The translations under genes and the position numbers were made by a program. The notes beneath the pieces were generated by a model. The model ran no database searches, was not told the origin of the DNA, and worked only from the letters and a program-made list of their open reading frames with translations. Shown here in pieces: positions 12,016 to 25,314 of a stretch of DNA of 64,000 bases. Position 1 is the stretch's first letter, and every line of letters starts with the position of its first letter. Source of the DNA: Hydrolagus affinis (lineage: Eukaryota); assembly GCA_012026655.1 (NCBI GenBank), contig JAAILG010000069.1, forward strand, positions 1 to 64,000. Reading direction: 5' to 3'.

Positions 12016-13224
12016 GCCCACCCCAATCAAGATTCTAGGAACCGATCACGGTCCTAATGCAGATGACTGCGGATTCCGTTCGCATAATCTAGTTTGTTGG
12101 GTTTATGGAAAGAAAATCCTGAATTCACATAGTTAGCAGAGAGTAGGGGGTTTAGTATCTGCCGGGAGAGAACCAAAGAAGACAAAAGGAGACTAACGGA
12201 AGGACAAAAAAAAGAGAAAAGATACAAAGTAGAACAAATAGCTAAGGCAGATTATCTCCTATTCTATAGCGTTGTTGTGAAACCCAAAGCACTGTATTGC
12301 TGGCAGAAGAAAATAAAAAGGGGTTTCTGTGCTGCCTGCCTGGGAGGTGATGTTAAAACTCTCCCAACAATTAATCCCAACAAAAAACACAGAGAGACAG
12401 CTTGTGTTCCTTTTCAGAATTCGGATTTCTCAAACATCTGTGAAAGCCTGTTAGACATTTTGTCTAATTATGTCAACAATACTTTGCGCAAAGTACATCA
12501 AAGTTAAACCAATTAAAAGTACTAAAGGGCTTATTTAACCCTTGAGAAGTTGGCCCTCCTTCCCTCCTTCAGACGGCACTCAAAACACTTTGAAGTAAAT
12601 AAAAAGATCTACCTCTTCTTTTCTGAGGGAATTATTTATTGCCCATCTTTAAATTCCGCAAAACGGGGGGAGAGAGAGATACGCAATGGAATACCAAAGA
12701 TATTTAATGGAACAACCAGTTACATCTCAGATAGATTTGTTTAACAATAAATTGGAATAGTTTCCCCACTATGTAACCTAATGTATGACCCATTGACTGT
12801 TGGTGGAAGAGGAATGCTTGTAAGCATTTTAGCTTCATTTTATTTTCCTCAGCATGGTGTGTACGCTTTCTGAGACTGAATTGATAAGATGCCACACACT
12901 TGGGAGGATATGTGGCTCGACTACAAGGAGTTTCCAGGTTCCGGTCGTGTTCATCACACTACCGAGGCGACTTTACTTGTACAATGATACTGCAGTATTG
13001 CGTTTCCAATGATCAATATCATTAACTTTCCTGTCAATTTCATGCATTCAAAATAAGCCACCCCTGCAATCTCGGTGCTGCAGAGTACATACAAGGGTGT
13101 CTGGAGGCTGTACAATGTGATACAAGTCTCACCCCAGACAGCCACGGCACCACCATTTTATCAATGGTCAAAACCCTTGCAGATCACTCCACTGAACGTT
13201 ATAAAGAGTAAGAAAAACAAATAA

Positions 13225-13487
13225 GAATAATCCTTGCATTTGATATCGCGCTTTTCACGCCTTCTAGACGCATCACAGAATATGCTGTAAAGTGAATTGA
13301 CTATATCTTTGTGGGCAAAATGTGGCAGTCGTGGATTGAAGTGACTAATATATTACTGGGTTTTTTCAAGGGATTATTATCAGGTATGTGGAGTAAGGAA
13401 ACTTGCCCAGGTTTCACCCTGCCTGGAATTGAACCCAGATCTCTCGCTTACAAGGCGAGTGCTCTAGTCACTGAGCTACAGGGCTGC
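13225..13487 (-). mobile_element. Near full-length SINE with internal deletions
   Basis: Tail, body and tRNA head (gaattgaacccag...ctgagctacag) are all present. Confidence 0.9.
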
Positions 13488-13950
13488 ACAATGTCCTGTA
13501 TAAACAGAATGACAGAATTTGGAGGGACAGTCTTCAAGGGGAAAGAGCAAGCAAAGTTTCAATGAAATTTGTGTTTGCAAATACTAATTTACACAAATTT
13601 ACTGAAAGATACTTACAAAATGATCTGCTATTTAGCCTGATGGTAGCCAAAAACATTCAATGATAGGCATGATAAACCTCTGAACATGAATAAAATATAG
13701 AACTAGGAATTTAATCGACTAATCTAAAATGCTTCTTTCTTCGCCCGTCAGCCACTTGGAAATGTGAAGATTCAGGCAGTACTGGCTCCTGTGACTCTGT
13801 AAAGCAATGAATGGGTTTGGGCCCTATCTGTCAGATGCTGTTGCTTTATAAAGGACGGTTATGGCCAAATATAGAAGGGAAATACACATGTCACATTTTT
13901 CCCATTTTGTAATTTTGTATTGCCGATTCTGATGTTTTCTAAATGTATTG

Positions 13951-14012
13951 AACAACAACAACTTGCACTTATATAGCACCCTCCTTGCTGCGTAGTGTCC
14001 CAAAGTGCTCCA
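13951..14012 (-). mobile_element. L2-type tail fragment (second subfamily)
   Basis: (aac)n ttgcacttatatagcaccctcc...gtagtgtcccaaagtg, similar to copies at 22943, 46895 and 50248. Confidence 0.7.
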
Positions 14013-14792
14013 ATTCTGAGTGGCATTAACCAAGATTTCAATTGGTACCTCTGTCTCTATATGTGGATTTGAACTTTTGCGTATGAGTGAAATGCATCTA
14101 TCATTACAAATTTACAGTGAGTAACAAAAACTTTATTTCATAACAAGTGATTGTCTTTATTACAACTAACTGGTGGGCAGGTTTAAATACGGCGGAAGGA
14201 AAAAGAGAAAATATTAGTTTCCATGAAAATGAATTAGTTCCAGGTCTTTTTAAAATTAATAACTGAATGTCCTATTCTCTCCCCCTCGCCCTCTGTACCC
14301 CAGTCACCCTACACTGCACTCTGCCTCCAACCTACTCCTCACTTCAGTTGAACAATCAGGTTTGTGGTGTGATACAGATTTGACAGTGGGATCTAACTCC
14401 CAGCTTACATCAGTCGGGCGACATGTCTCCATGTGCATGATGTGATATTTGTTCAGTAAGATTGTGTGCCCTTGTTTTTTTTTCCAACATGCTTTGTTTC
14501 AAAGATTCAAATATTTCGGGGAGGGGGGAGAAAAAAAAATCTACTGCCGCAATACTTTGGAATTAAGGCTGTCATTGAGAACCGTCCAAAATTATTATAA
14601 GAAGGCATTTTATATGTTTTACTATAGAGAGCTCCAAGTGATGTGCATTGTATCAGACAGTGTTAAAAGAGTTGCATATTAGGGACAGGTGTTCCTCGAT
14701 TAATCTCTTTTCTGCTGAGTCCCTGGCCACAATTCATTTTCTTATTAACAAATGTAATGTGCATGCTCTTCTCACACAGTAAAGGGGTTAAT

Positions 14793-15135
14793 GAGAGAGC
14801 CATAAATAATGAGTGTTATATGAGGGGGTCATGGTATATCAGAGTCTTATAGAGAGACTTTTTTTATATAGGTTTCTCTGTTGGTAAGAGACCCATAAAC
14901 AATAGGTGGGATATCTTGCGTCATGAAATATCTGAAAATTATCGGAAGTGGCTGTTTTTCCCCCCCTCTCTATTAGTGAGCGATATATAAAACATGGGTG
15001 TGACTGTATTATATCAGAGGTTGCGATATATCAAGGACTGTTATAGACAAAGAGTATTTTATAGATTTCTTGGTTAGTCAGGGACCTATAAACAGTGGGT
15101 GTCACATCACACATTGCAATATATTAAAATCTCAA
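14793..15135 (+). repeat. Degenerate tandem array, ~90-95 bp unit x ~4
   Basis: A recurrent unit approximating gggaccataaacaatgggtgttatatcagaggtcatggtatatcagagtgttatagagagagtattttataggtttct...gttagt. Confidence 0.65.
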
Positions 15136-16269
15136 TAATAAAACACTCACCTAAAAGCTATCAAACACACCAGATTGCGTAAGCCAGCTGTCAATTGTAT
15201 AGCAATATTTTACATGCACACCACACACAATTTTATACCATTCATCCTGTTCATTTCAAGATCATTTCTAAACTTTTCTACATTTATTACTTATTATTCA
15301 GTGGCTTTTGAAACCTCATATTGTATTGCAGAAACGCAGTTGAGCCTCTAGAATCTCCATCTTAGTGCCTCTATTCCAAATAGACTGAGGGTCAATAATC
15401 TATTATTATTTTGCTGATCAATGTACACATGCATCTTCTATCAAGAATCGGAAAATAGTGTCTGATCTTGCCTCAGAGCAAGCCGCAGTTCACAATGAAT
15501 CAATCGCTAGACGTTAGTATCCTTACAAAATGTCAACAACTTTTCGGGAAGGGTTAGCGAGCTTTCCGAGCCTGGAAAACAAGCCTCCCAGTTTGCCACC
15601 ACCTCAGCGATCGCTCGTGGGTCGATAGAAGTGCTGGGAGGGCAACAGGGCTGTAACCTTTCCTCACCACCACATGCGCTGGGGACACTGCACCTCAAGT
15701 CACAGAGGAGCAGGGCAGACTCAATAAACGTTATGGTTTAAAAAAAATCTTACTGAGTCATATATTTGCTATCGGGATTGGATGGTTTACTGGGAAATTT
15801 CACAGTTACAAACACAACACGTGGCGCACTTCATCGAGTGTGTAAATACCTAAAGAGACGCAAACTGGTGCTCAGGTTGGGTTGTAAGGCGAAGCCCGTA
15901 AACAAGCCAACTGACTGAGGCAGAGGCATAAAAGTCGAGGCGATGGTCACTTCAGGTCAGTGGGCAGGACAGTGTCCCCACTTTGTGACTGTGATGGCGA
16001 GCACTCCTTATCACGCTGTGTTTCTGAATAGATACCGCTGTCAAAAGCCATTGCCTGCCAGTTGCCCTCAAAAATCTTTCTTAGTTGGTAAAGTCTGTTT
16101 CTAGGCATCTCTTTTCCCCTTGGATCCTGTGTGCCTGTAGGGGTCTCTCCAACACACTGGTAATGAATGCCTTACCATGCATTCCACCACTGTTGCAGTA
16201 GTATTGCATTTGATATCACCCTCTTGTTGCTGTCTGCTGCCAACCTCCGAGGAAAAGGCTTGTGTGCAT

Positions 16270-16366
16270 TCTGCCCGCAAAACGTGCAGTGGAGTCACTT
16301 TACAGTATATTCTGTGAAGCGCTTTGAGACATCTTGATAAGGCGCTATATCAAATTATTATTATTA
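16270..16366 (+). mobile_element. SINE 3' fragment
   Basis: cactttacagtatattctgtgaagcgctttgagac...gcgctatatcaaattattatt. Confidence 0.85.
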
Positions 16367-16674
16367 TGTATGCCGCGTTCTGTGATCTGAAGATGTACCC
16401 ACTGAAAATGACATAATTTTACAGGTGAGAAGAAAGACCCACCCACAGAATATACAGTCACTACACGTTAGTTATATTTTGTGAATTGACGCTGACAATT
16501 TATGTTCATGTTCCATGACTATAGCAAATCTGCCATCATACATCAGCTCACACAATTTTCACTCACCGGTCTATACACCCAACCAAAGTATGCAATAGGT
16601 GGGTTTTTGGGCCCTCCACAGTACATTACATAAATGCTATATTTGTCCCATTAGATTTTGTGTACTCTACTAGT

Positions 16675-16770
16675 AATAATAATAATTTATGCATTTGATT
16701 TAGCATCTTAACATGTCTTCAAAACATCCCAAAGCTATAAAGAACATACTGTAAAGCGAATTGATTTTGT
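16675..16770 (-). mobile_element. SINE 3' fragment
   Basis: (aat)n ttatgcatttgatttagcatc...catactgtaaagcgaattga. Confidence 0.75.
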
Positions 16771-16794
16771 AGGTTTTATATGTATATGTTTCCT

Positions 16795-16895
16795 CCACAG
16801 AATATACAGTCACTACACGTTAGTTATATTCTGTGAATCACTTTGAGATGTCTTGAAGATGTGATAAGACGCTGTATCAAATCCAAGTATCAGTA
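16795..16895 (+). mobile_element. SINE 3' fragment, 5' part duplicated at 16443-16486
   Basis: ccacagaatatacagtc...gctgtatcaaatccaagtat. Confidence 0.75.
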
Positions 16896-18244
16896 TTTAA
16901 ATATAGTTTTGATATTTTACATTTTACTTTTTTTTAAAAAATCTGTTCGGAAGAAAATGTTCTTGTGGGTGGGGAAGGGTTAATTTTCCACACGTGGGCA
17001 GGAAACAAAATAAACAAAAATAAACCTGTCCAAAGACGATATGTCTATTTTAGAATCTCAAAACGAGTCGATCTGTTAAAAAGGCCTGTCTTACGCTAAG
17101 CACTCCCTGAATATACAACCATTATGCTGTCAGATAAGGACACGGGCAACACTGCACCCACTGTGTAGGGTGAGATGTGTAGCATTGCCCGAGCGTGGCC
17201 TGTCACTGGCTTACAGCTGGCCTGAGTCCTTGCAAGTGAGTTCCTGTGGCAGGATGCTGATCCCTTCTCCCTCCTGGCCTTGCTTTCCTGAAGCTGTCAA
17301 TGGACACAGCTATAGATCAATCAGGTCAGCCCATGAGGAGGCCTGTCAGAACTTTCTGTCAAAGCACTTAATAGTGTCAGTTCCTGTAACCTCGCAGCTG
17401 TGAATTTATGCCTGGAAGCTCGCCCAGGGATATGTTAAAATAACATACTTTATTAGTGTTTTTAGATCACAGGGTGTGTCACCCAGCCTTTCAATATCCC
17501 CCTTCACTCTTCACGTCAACGCTCATTTGTAGGGTGTCGAAGAATTTATTACACAGCCAATTACAATGTTAATTGGAAAGTAAGAAAAATCAATTAATTC
17601 ACAAATTTCCAATTAAAATAGAGATAAATCATAAAGCTGTTATTAGCAAAAGGCCAAATCTGTTAACTTTTAGCAGAGGGGAAAAAAAAGTAGCCGAGGC
17701 ATGCCTGATGCCCTTGAGTGACTTTCCTCACAAAAGCTGCCATCAGCAGAACGGGGCAGAAGACAGATAAAAAAAATATCGACTGGACAGGAGGAACAGT
17801 TCTTCTTTATTGATCAGAGGAGAATTTAACTTTCTGTGCATACACACGGTGTCAGCAGGGCCACAGGGCAAATTGAAATGAGCTAGCTGCAAAGCTGACA
17901 AGCAAGGCATAAGAACAGAGATGGAACAAACTGGACAAATTGCCCTCGTCCTGCAATAACCACTCACGCTGGTAAAGTTACTAATCCTCATCCCCATTGT
18001 TGTACTTTCTTGCAAATCCACAAAGGATGTTATGTCGTGAGGACTGCTTTATTGGGAAGACTATTATGTTTTGAGGGTGCATTTTGTTAGCAGGCATATT
18101 TGAAGCTTTCCGCCCTACCTGTTGGGTTAATTTCGCTGACTGATCCATGTGACGTGTTTGATGAAATCAAGGACTTGATTGGTTTATCATCTGGTGCTTG
18201 TTAGTAATTGCTTATTTTCATGAACTTGAAATAAACCCAACAGT

Positions 18245-18558
18245 GGAGCTTGTGTGGCTCAGTGGTTAGAGCATTTGCTTACAAACCTGTGTTCAATACC
18301 AGGCAGATCAGAGCGAAACCTTGGGCAAGTTTCCTTACTCCACACACACATGACTAATGATAATCCCTCCAAAGAAAAAACACAATAATAAAAATTGTTC
18401 ATTTTCAATCCACGACTTTTTGTGGGACATGCTGTGCGCAATTGGCTATCGCTTTCGCCCATAAATATACAGTCAATTCAGTATATTCTGTGAAGCGCTT
18501 TGAGATGTCGATAAAATGTGAAAAGCGCTATATCAAATGCAAGGATTATTATAATTAT
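18245..18558 (+). mobile_element. Full-length SINE
   Basis: ggagcttgtgtggctcagtggttagagc head through gcgctatatcaaatgcaaggattatt tail. Confidence 0.92.
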
Positions 18559-19129
18559 TTGATGCCCTCCTTTATAAAAACACAAAGAAACCTGTGAAAG
18601 GGGCATGGATATACAGTTAATCCAAAGGAATTGTTCACGTTAGATTCATACAGTTAATGACGTTATAGGAGGAATAAAGGCATGGAGTTTGCCCATCTCC
18701 CTTTGATTTTGTTTTGCCTGTAGGTAGCAATGACAGCCTGCACAAAACACAAGAGAACATATATTCAATCAGAATGTGTAGTGCTAATAGGTGAGGCTGT
18801 ATTCATGTGATGTGCACAAATTCCTATCAACATCCAAACCTGACGTCTAAAAGAGATTCTGACTGCAGAGTAACTCTTCCTATTACTAGAATTGCAATGA
18901 TCATTAGTAAATAATATTTACAGGACGAGGGTACGGAACGGATGTCAAAGATATTTTTAAAAGCATCACTTCTGCAAAATCACTTTAAACAAAACGAAGG
19001 TTAAGATCCAATACTTGAAGACAATTAGAATCCCATTGATATGTTTCCGAGTGAAAATTATTTATTGTATATTTCAGAAATAATGTTCAGTGCTTTCCTT
19101 TTAAAGCCCTCATGTTTACAGGATACAGT

Positions 19130-19326
19130 ATAATAATAATAATAATAATAATAATCCTTGCATTTGATATAGTACTTTTCACATCCTCTAAACGTCTCAA
19201 AGTGCTTCACAGAATATACTGTAAAGGGATTGACTGTATATTTGTGGGCGAAATGTGGCAGCCAATTGCGCACAGCAGCGTCCCCCACAAACAGCCGTGG
19301 ATTGAAATGCCCAAATTTTATTATCG
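19130..19326 (-). mobile_element. 5'-truncated SINE
   Basis: (aat)n ccttgcatttgatatag...ccaattgcgcacagcagcgtcccccacaaac. Confidence 0.9.
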
Positions 19327-19863
19327 TGGATTAATTCTATTCTGCATGTACATGAAGATATCCAAAATGGGACAACAATTCAAATTTCAATGCTTTCTCT
19401 CAAACTGAAGAGGAGCTCTTGACAATGTTCGGTCCTCCTCTGTCTGCGAACATCTCTTCGAAAGCTACACATTTCTTTTTTTTTATACTTTGCTTGAATT
19501 AAAGAATGCATCTGCAGGCCACAGGAGGACAAACTGGTCTTTGCAAATCCAACAGTGTACTCTCCGGCCCACAGCAGAGCTATCTGATCAATAGCTAAGA
19601 TGCTCTAAGGCAGACGTAATGATGGATTCCTGAGCCATGTCTATAGCCAACTTCTACTTCCACCTATCATCAGGCATGATTAGATTTCCTGATATCTCTG
19701 AGCAAAATGGGCAATCACAGCACAGGAGGAAAGTGACATTCTGTCAATCCCTTCTGCCGCCACCCAATGCCTCCTGGTGATGTTGGTGAATATGGACTCT
19801 ATGGTAAACCAGAAGAAACCTTGCAGTGTTCATGGCAATGTGGAGAGACTCTAAGTGTACATG

Positions 19864-20156
19864 AATAATAATAATAATAATCCTTGCATTTGATATAGCG
19901 CTTTTCAATTTTATCAACATCTTAAAGCGCTTCACAGAATATACTGTAAAGTGAATTGACTGTATATTTGTGAAAATATACGAACGCGTTACGCCAATTG
20001 GGCACAGCAGCGTCCCCACAAACAGTCGTGGATTGAAATGACCAATTTTTATTATTGTGTTTTTGGAGGAATTATTATCAGGTGTGTGGAGTAAGGAAAC
20101 TTGCCTGGAATTGAACCCAAGTCTCTCGCTTGTAAGGGGAGTGCTCTAACCACTCA
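19864..20156 (-). mobile_element. Near full-length SINE
   Basis: Tail, body and head (gaattgaacccaagtctctcgcttgtaag...ctctaaccactcag). Confidence 0.9.
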
Positions 20157-20379
20157 GGACAGGACAGGACTCCAGCAGCCCCTATCTAATGCAGTCCTTG
20201 CCAGGCATCCCACTACCAGCACTAATTGGTAGTCATCTTTTTATATTAAAACTCTGTAATACTTTGATGGGACAGCACCCAAACTACATTGTACTGTAAC
20301 AGTAGCATTTACATCTGATCAACGTTCAGTGCTGTAGTCTGTAACTCGGACACACCGCAATCTCACACAACACCCTTCT

Positions 20380-20730
20380 TTATGATCCCTCGCTGGGAGC
20401 AAAACCATATAAAGTATGTTCTCTATATCACTTACCTCACTATAACTCTCTCTAATATACCGTGACCTCTGATGTCACATGCTCTCTCTCTCTCTCTGTC
20501 TCTCTCGTACAAGAACCGTATAAAACACCGTTTGCTATAACACTCTGAAATACCTGGACCTCTGTTGTAAAACAAATTCTTTATAGTCCCTTTCTAATAG
20601 AACCATATAAAACACTCCTTCTGTAATGTGCCCTTTGCTATCGTACTCTCTCATATTCTACAGCAATCTGATATAACATATTTATGTCGCTCTCTCTCTG
20701 TAGATCATACCCTTTATTATAATACATGTT
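20380..20730 (-). repeat. Degenerate tandem array of the same ~90-bp unit as 14793-15135, in opposite orientation
   Basis: Reverse complement contains gggactataaagaatttgttttacaacagaggtccaggtatttcagagtgttatagcaaacggtgttttatacggttct and gtgacatcagaggtcacggtatattagagagagttatag. Confidence 0.6.
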
Positions 20731-21129
20731 TTGTACAGCTCCCAATGACAGGTCTACTGGTTTGCAACAGTCTCCTTTATTTATATAAAAAGAAGACTGC
20801 AGGGTGCGCACATTGTATTGAACACAGATGCTGTCTTCAGTTAAATGTGGATCCAGTGTTACATTTCAAATTCCACACGGTTTCAATTTTTCCTATCTCG
20901 CATTCACTCCACTCTTATTTTGCCAATATGACACACTATCATTAAAGCGAGATTTTATAGAAATTGGTCAAATTTAAAATGTCATCTTCAATGAAACTCT
21001 TTAAAAATTTACATGTGCAGCATGCTCCTGGCCTAACTTGATACAGAATTACAAACGCTGATTTATGAATGAGTACCACATGAATACCATGCTCAACAGC
21101 GTGCTTAATGTACGATCACAGGTAACTTT

Positions 21130-21230
21130 TTTTTAACAGTATATTCGGTGAAGCGCTTTGAGATGTCTCGAAAATGTGATAAAGCGATATATCAAATGCA
21201 AGGATTATTATATGAGTATTATTATTATTA
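21130..21230 (+). mobile_element. SINE 3' fragment
   Basis: acagtatattcggtgaagcgctttgagatg...atcaaatgcaaggattatta. Confidence 0.85.
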
Positions 21231-21714
21231 CTGCAAGTCAGGGATAAGAATTGGAGCTCGCGGGATCCAAACAGTCCATAGCTTGAATCTTCCAAATTTG
21301 AAGTTTGAATAAAGGCATTAGCTCATTCCCCAAGATTGCAAAGTACTCAATGCACACAACCACTGACAAGATAGAATTCTCATTGACTAGACAGGCTTCT
21401 CACTGAGCACCAGTGTTGAATGCACACCAACACCCAGACCATCACAGTCAGAATAGATTTACTCCCAACAAAATCACTAGAGGTACATATCCATCACCGC
21501 ACGTGAGAACACGGAGGGAAGAGGCTGTACACCCATCATGAGACACACAAGGTTGGCAGGGAAATCCTACACATGGATAATAAATATCACGCCACTGAAA
21601 ACAGATCGAGGTGACAATCACAGCCACACAACAACCATGAATAGGGTGATAATGTAATTTTGTCAAGCTGTCCAATAGGACACATAGATTTTTATATACA
21701 TATATTATAAAATA

Positions 21715-21830
21715 TAATATACAGGGAATTCACTTCATAATATATTCTATGAAGTGCTTTAATACGTCTCGAAGAAGTGATGAGGCGCTTCATCAAATAC
21801 ATGATTATTATTATTTATTATTATTATAAT
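21715..21830 (+). mobile_element. SINE 3' fragment
   Basis: aattcacttcataatatattctatgaagtgc...catcaaatacatgattatt. Confidence 0.75.
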
Positions 21831-22355
21831 TCCATGGAGTTAATTTATGGAAAGCACATTTCCATCTAGACTGAAAGCTCAAGTACTTGTCTGAAGGACG
21901 CCTTGTGTGATGACCTGTTATCAGTGCTGCAGTGTAGGTATCTGATGATGCATCAATCCGTTCCATTCAATCAGTGTTGTATCTTGCTTCCTACCCACTG
22001 TAATACCTCCCTATGTAGGTGTCATTCCTGCTGTCTTCACACAGTGTGTTTCCTGCTCGAGCACTTTACAAGAAGTCACAATGTTTAGGAGACAAAGGGG
22101 TGAGTATCACGTGATAGAACCACAGCGAGGAGTTACAGCTGGTGCGCTTACGAAATCATCTTGTCAGTAAATATCACTGAACACACTGAATTATTTTGCC
22201 CCTGGCTTGGAGGAGTTAGCAAACTCAACAGATATCAAACAGAACATCTGCATAAAGTGTGCACTAACTTTGAAAAGTTTATGTTTATGCGCACACCAAC
22301 GCCTTGAAGCCTGATATTATCATCTCAGGTATGTCCATCGCCTGAGGCATGACAT

Positions 22356-22532
22356 AATAATCATAATCCTTGCATTTGATACAGCATCTTATCACGTCTT
22401 TGAGACGTCTCAAAGCGCTTCCCAGACTATACTGTAAAATTAATTGGCCGTATATTTGAGGGAGAAACGCGGCAGCCAATTGCGCACAGCAGTGTCCCGC
22501 AGACCATTGTGGATGGAATGACCCAATTTATT
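22356..22532 (-). mobile_element. 5'-truncated SINE
   Basis: ataatccttgcatttgatacagc...gcagccaattgcgcacagcagtgtcc. Confidence 0.88.
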
Positions 22533-22732
22533 TTAGAATAATCAAAATAACAAAGACATTGACTCAACGCAGCCTGTCCCCCAGGAGTGCAAGCCTAGCC
22601 TGGGAGCTCAACATCTCTACGTGAAGTTTAAAGCTGCAACCTTGTGATTCAGAGGTGAGGAAGTCTGCCAAGTGAATAGGATGATCCGGTTGAAGTGCTC
22701 CGGGATGCTACTCTGCATGAGGGACGCCAGGT

Positions 22733-23090
22733 AAATAATAATAATAATCCTTGCATTTGATATAGCGCTTTTCACGTCTTATTGACGTCTCAAAGCGCTT
22801 CGCAGAATGTACTGTAAAGTGACTTGACTGCATATTTTGTGGGTGAAACGTGGCAGCCAATTGCGCACAGCGGCGTCCCCACAAACAGCCGTGGATTGAA
22901 ATGACCAATTTTTATTATTGTGGTGTTTTTTTTTGGAGGGATACAACAACAACAACTTCAATTTATATAGCGCCCTCCACGCAGGATGGCGTCTCAAAGC
23001 GCTTTATTATTAGGCGTGTGGAAATTATTATTTTATTAATTATTATTTATTAAATTATTATTAGGCGTGTGGGATTATTATTAGCAGCGT
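22733..23090 (-). mobile_element. SINE interrupted by an L2 tail fragment (22943-23004) with local duplications
   Basis: SINE body runs to ggagggata, then an (aac)n L2 tail, then SINE sequence ttattattaggcgtgtgg repeated about 3 times. Confidence 0.85.
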
Positions 23091-24094
23091 GGAAATGCAC
23101 ATTGTTGTTGTAGAGTCTGGATTTGAATTTTTAAAAAGCTTGCGCGATAGACTTTTTTTTAATAAAAAAGAAAAATAACAAAAACCTGTGTAACACTGCC
23201 ACTGAAATACTTTCAGTGTCAGAAGTATGTTCGGAGAGCTCTCCAGCAGTTTTCAAGATGAGTGACTGACCACCACTTTGCATTTGCAAGTGAATCATGA
23301 AGATCTTTTCAACGAGTGAAAAAAGAATACAAAGCAGCAAGCCATCAAGAATCCACTTCACGGGTGATTCATTTTAAAAAAAAGTTTTAATATATTATGG
23401 AATTGGCTGTTAAATTATTGTTTCCAGCAGTGAGTTGTCATTTTTAATTCTCCAGTGGCTGGAGAGAGATTCTCATTAGCACCCTCCAAATAAAGGTTTG
23501 TTCGCTGCTCAGGGTTGTCAATAGATTTTGTGAAAATTATTCATTTATAATGAATAACCTGACTGTTATTTCCCAATAATCAACTGTTGATGATCAGTTG
23601 ATAATCTCGAAGAGATAAATCACAGTGATCAATCCTCGCACACACAACATCAACTGCAGTACACGGAGGGCAGTGCCACGACACGGGCTGCCGGGAGCAT
23701 CCAATGTACCAAGAGTCAAACAAAAGCTCTGTGGTACAAGTTGTAAAAAGAATAATAGCCACCAGGGAGTGATAGGATGGCTGCCATCTCATTGAGGGAT
23801 TGCTGTCATATGATCACTCTCTCTCACTTATCAATTATTTTCCATTTAACTCAATAAAACCAAGTATATCGCTTCTTCGTTGGACCTTCTCTTTTTTTGT
23901 CAGCTGATTTCTCTTTGACCCGTATCATCACAAAATGTGCATCTTAGCACAGCACAGCACAGCACAAGCCGAGGTAGGGCAAAGCTTTTCATTGGCAACA
24001 CTCCACCTTCCCAACCCTCTAGCCTGGGGATGGAGCTTGGCTTAAAGGAGAGAACACATATATGGAAGTGAGGAAAGCCCAAATCGTTTACACA

Positions 24095-24370
24095 AATGAC
24101 CCAAGTGTTTTATCTTGAGGCAATGAAAATAAATTTCTTCGCCCAGAGGGTTGTGAAATTCACTTCCCCAGAAGGTTGTAAAAGGCGAATTAATCGAGAC
24201 ATGTTTAAAAAGGAATATAGATACTTAGGAAGTGGGAATGTTAACGATATGGAGAAAAGACAGAGAAACAGAAATAAAAAGATGTCTCATAGAAGAAGAA
24301 AAAAACTGATGGCCCTGGCTCGATGAGGATTATAGCCTCTTCCTGCTCTTACATTGATTATACTATATTC
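24095..24370 (+). mobile_element. Degraded CR1 3' fragment
   Basis: NFFAQRVV motif, and 3' UTR-like gctcgatgaggattatagcctcttcctgctc. Confidence 0.65.
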
Positions 24371-25194
24371 CTTAATTAGTGGCATTTCATAATGCATTTG
24401 ATGTTGTAATTAACACATTATTATTAAACATTTGAAATCGCACCTCTGTATATCCATATATAAATGTGTGTTTCTGTGTGTGTGTGTATATATATATAAA
24501 TATATTCACAAAAGGCAAATAGTTAAACTGATCATTAGGAAAACATAATTCTGAATCATTAAATCTACTATCATTGCCGTGTTTTCCTGACAAATGAAAA
24601 GCAATGACACTTTTCCTAAATAATGGCTGCTATCGAATAAAAGACAAGACGCATCTCCTGATACACTCATCCTTACACAAGTAGCAGAAGAATAAGGCCT
24701 CAGTATTAATTATTAAATAATGGTTCTCTTTGTGCCATGACAGATAACATTAAATCTATTCAATGGATTCAGGCAATGCTGGCTAATCTGCAGCACAATG
24801 GCTCCCTAAACACTGACCCAGCTCTCTTTAACACTTCTTGGTTGATACAATTTTGAATCCTTTACTGAAATGATTCAAAACTGTGTCAAACAAACAATCT
24901 ATTCCTATGATATCTGACAAAACCTTTCAGAACTTGCAGTTTGAGTAAAAGTAGATTCGAGAAGTTGGATATTGGTGGACCTGATGTACACTGTATAAAC
25001 ATTAACATCAATTGAAAACCTTAAAAGCAAATGATTGGTTTTCAGAAGTAACCAAGAGGCAGGATGTATTGCACAGAGGAAAAGGCTGAGGGTAATCGCA
25101 TCAGAAACCTATAGAGCAGTGTTTTACCTCCTAGCCCCCAAAACTGCCACTTGCATTTATTTTATTATATTTTGGAACTCAGGATATATGTTGT

Positions 25195-25314
25195 TAATAA
25201 TAATAATAATCCTTGCATTTGATACAGCGCTTCTCACATTTTATCGACATCTCAAAGCGCATTACAGAATATACTATAAAGTGAATTTGACTGTATATTT
25301 GTGGGTGAAATATA
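25195..25314 (-). mobile_element. SINE 3' fragment
   Basis: (aat)n ccttgcatttgatacagcgc...tatttgtgggtgaaa. Confidence 0.88.
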
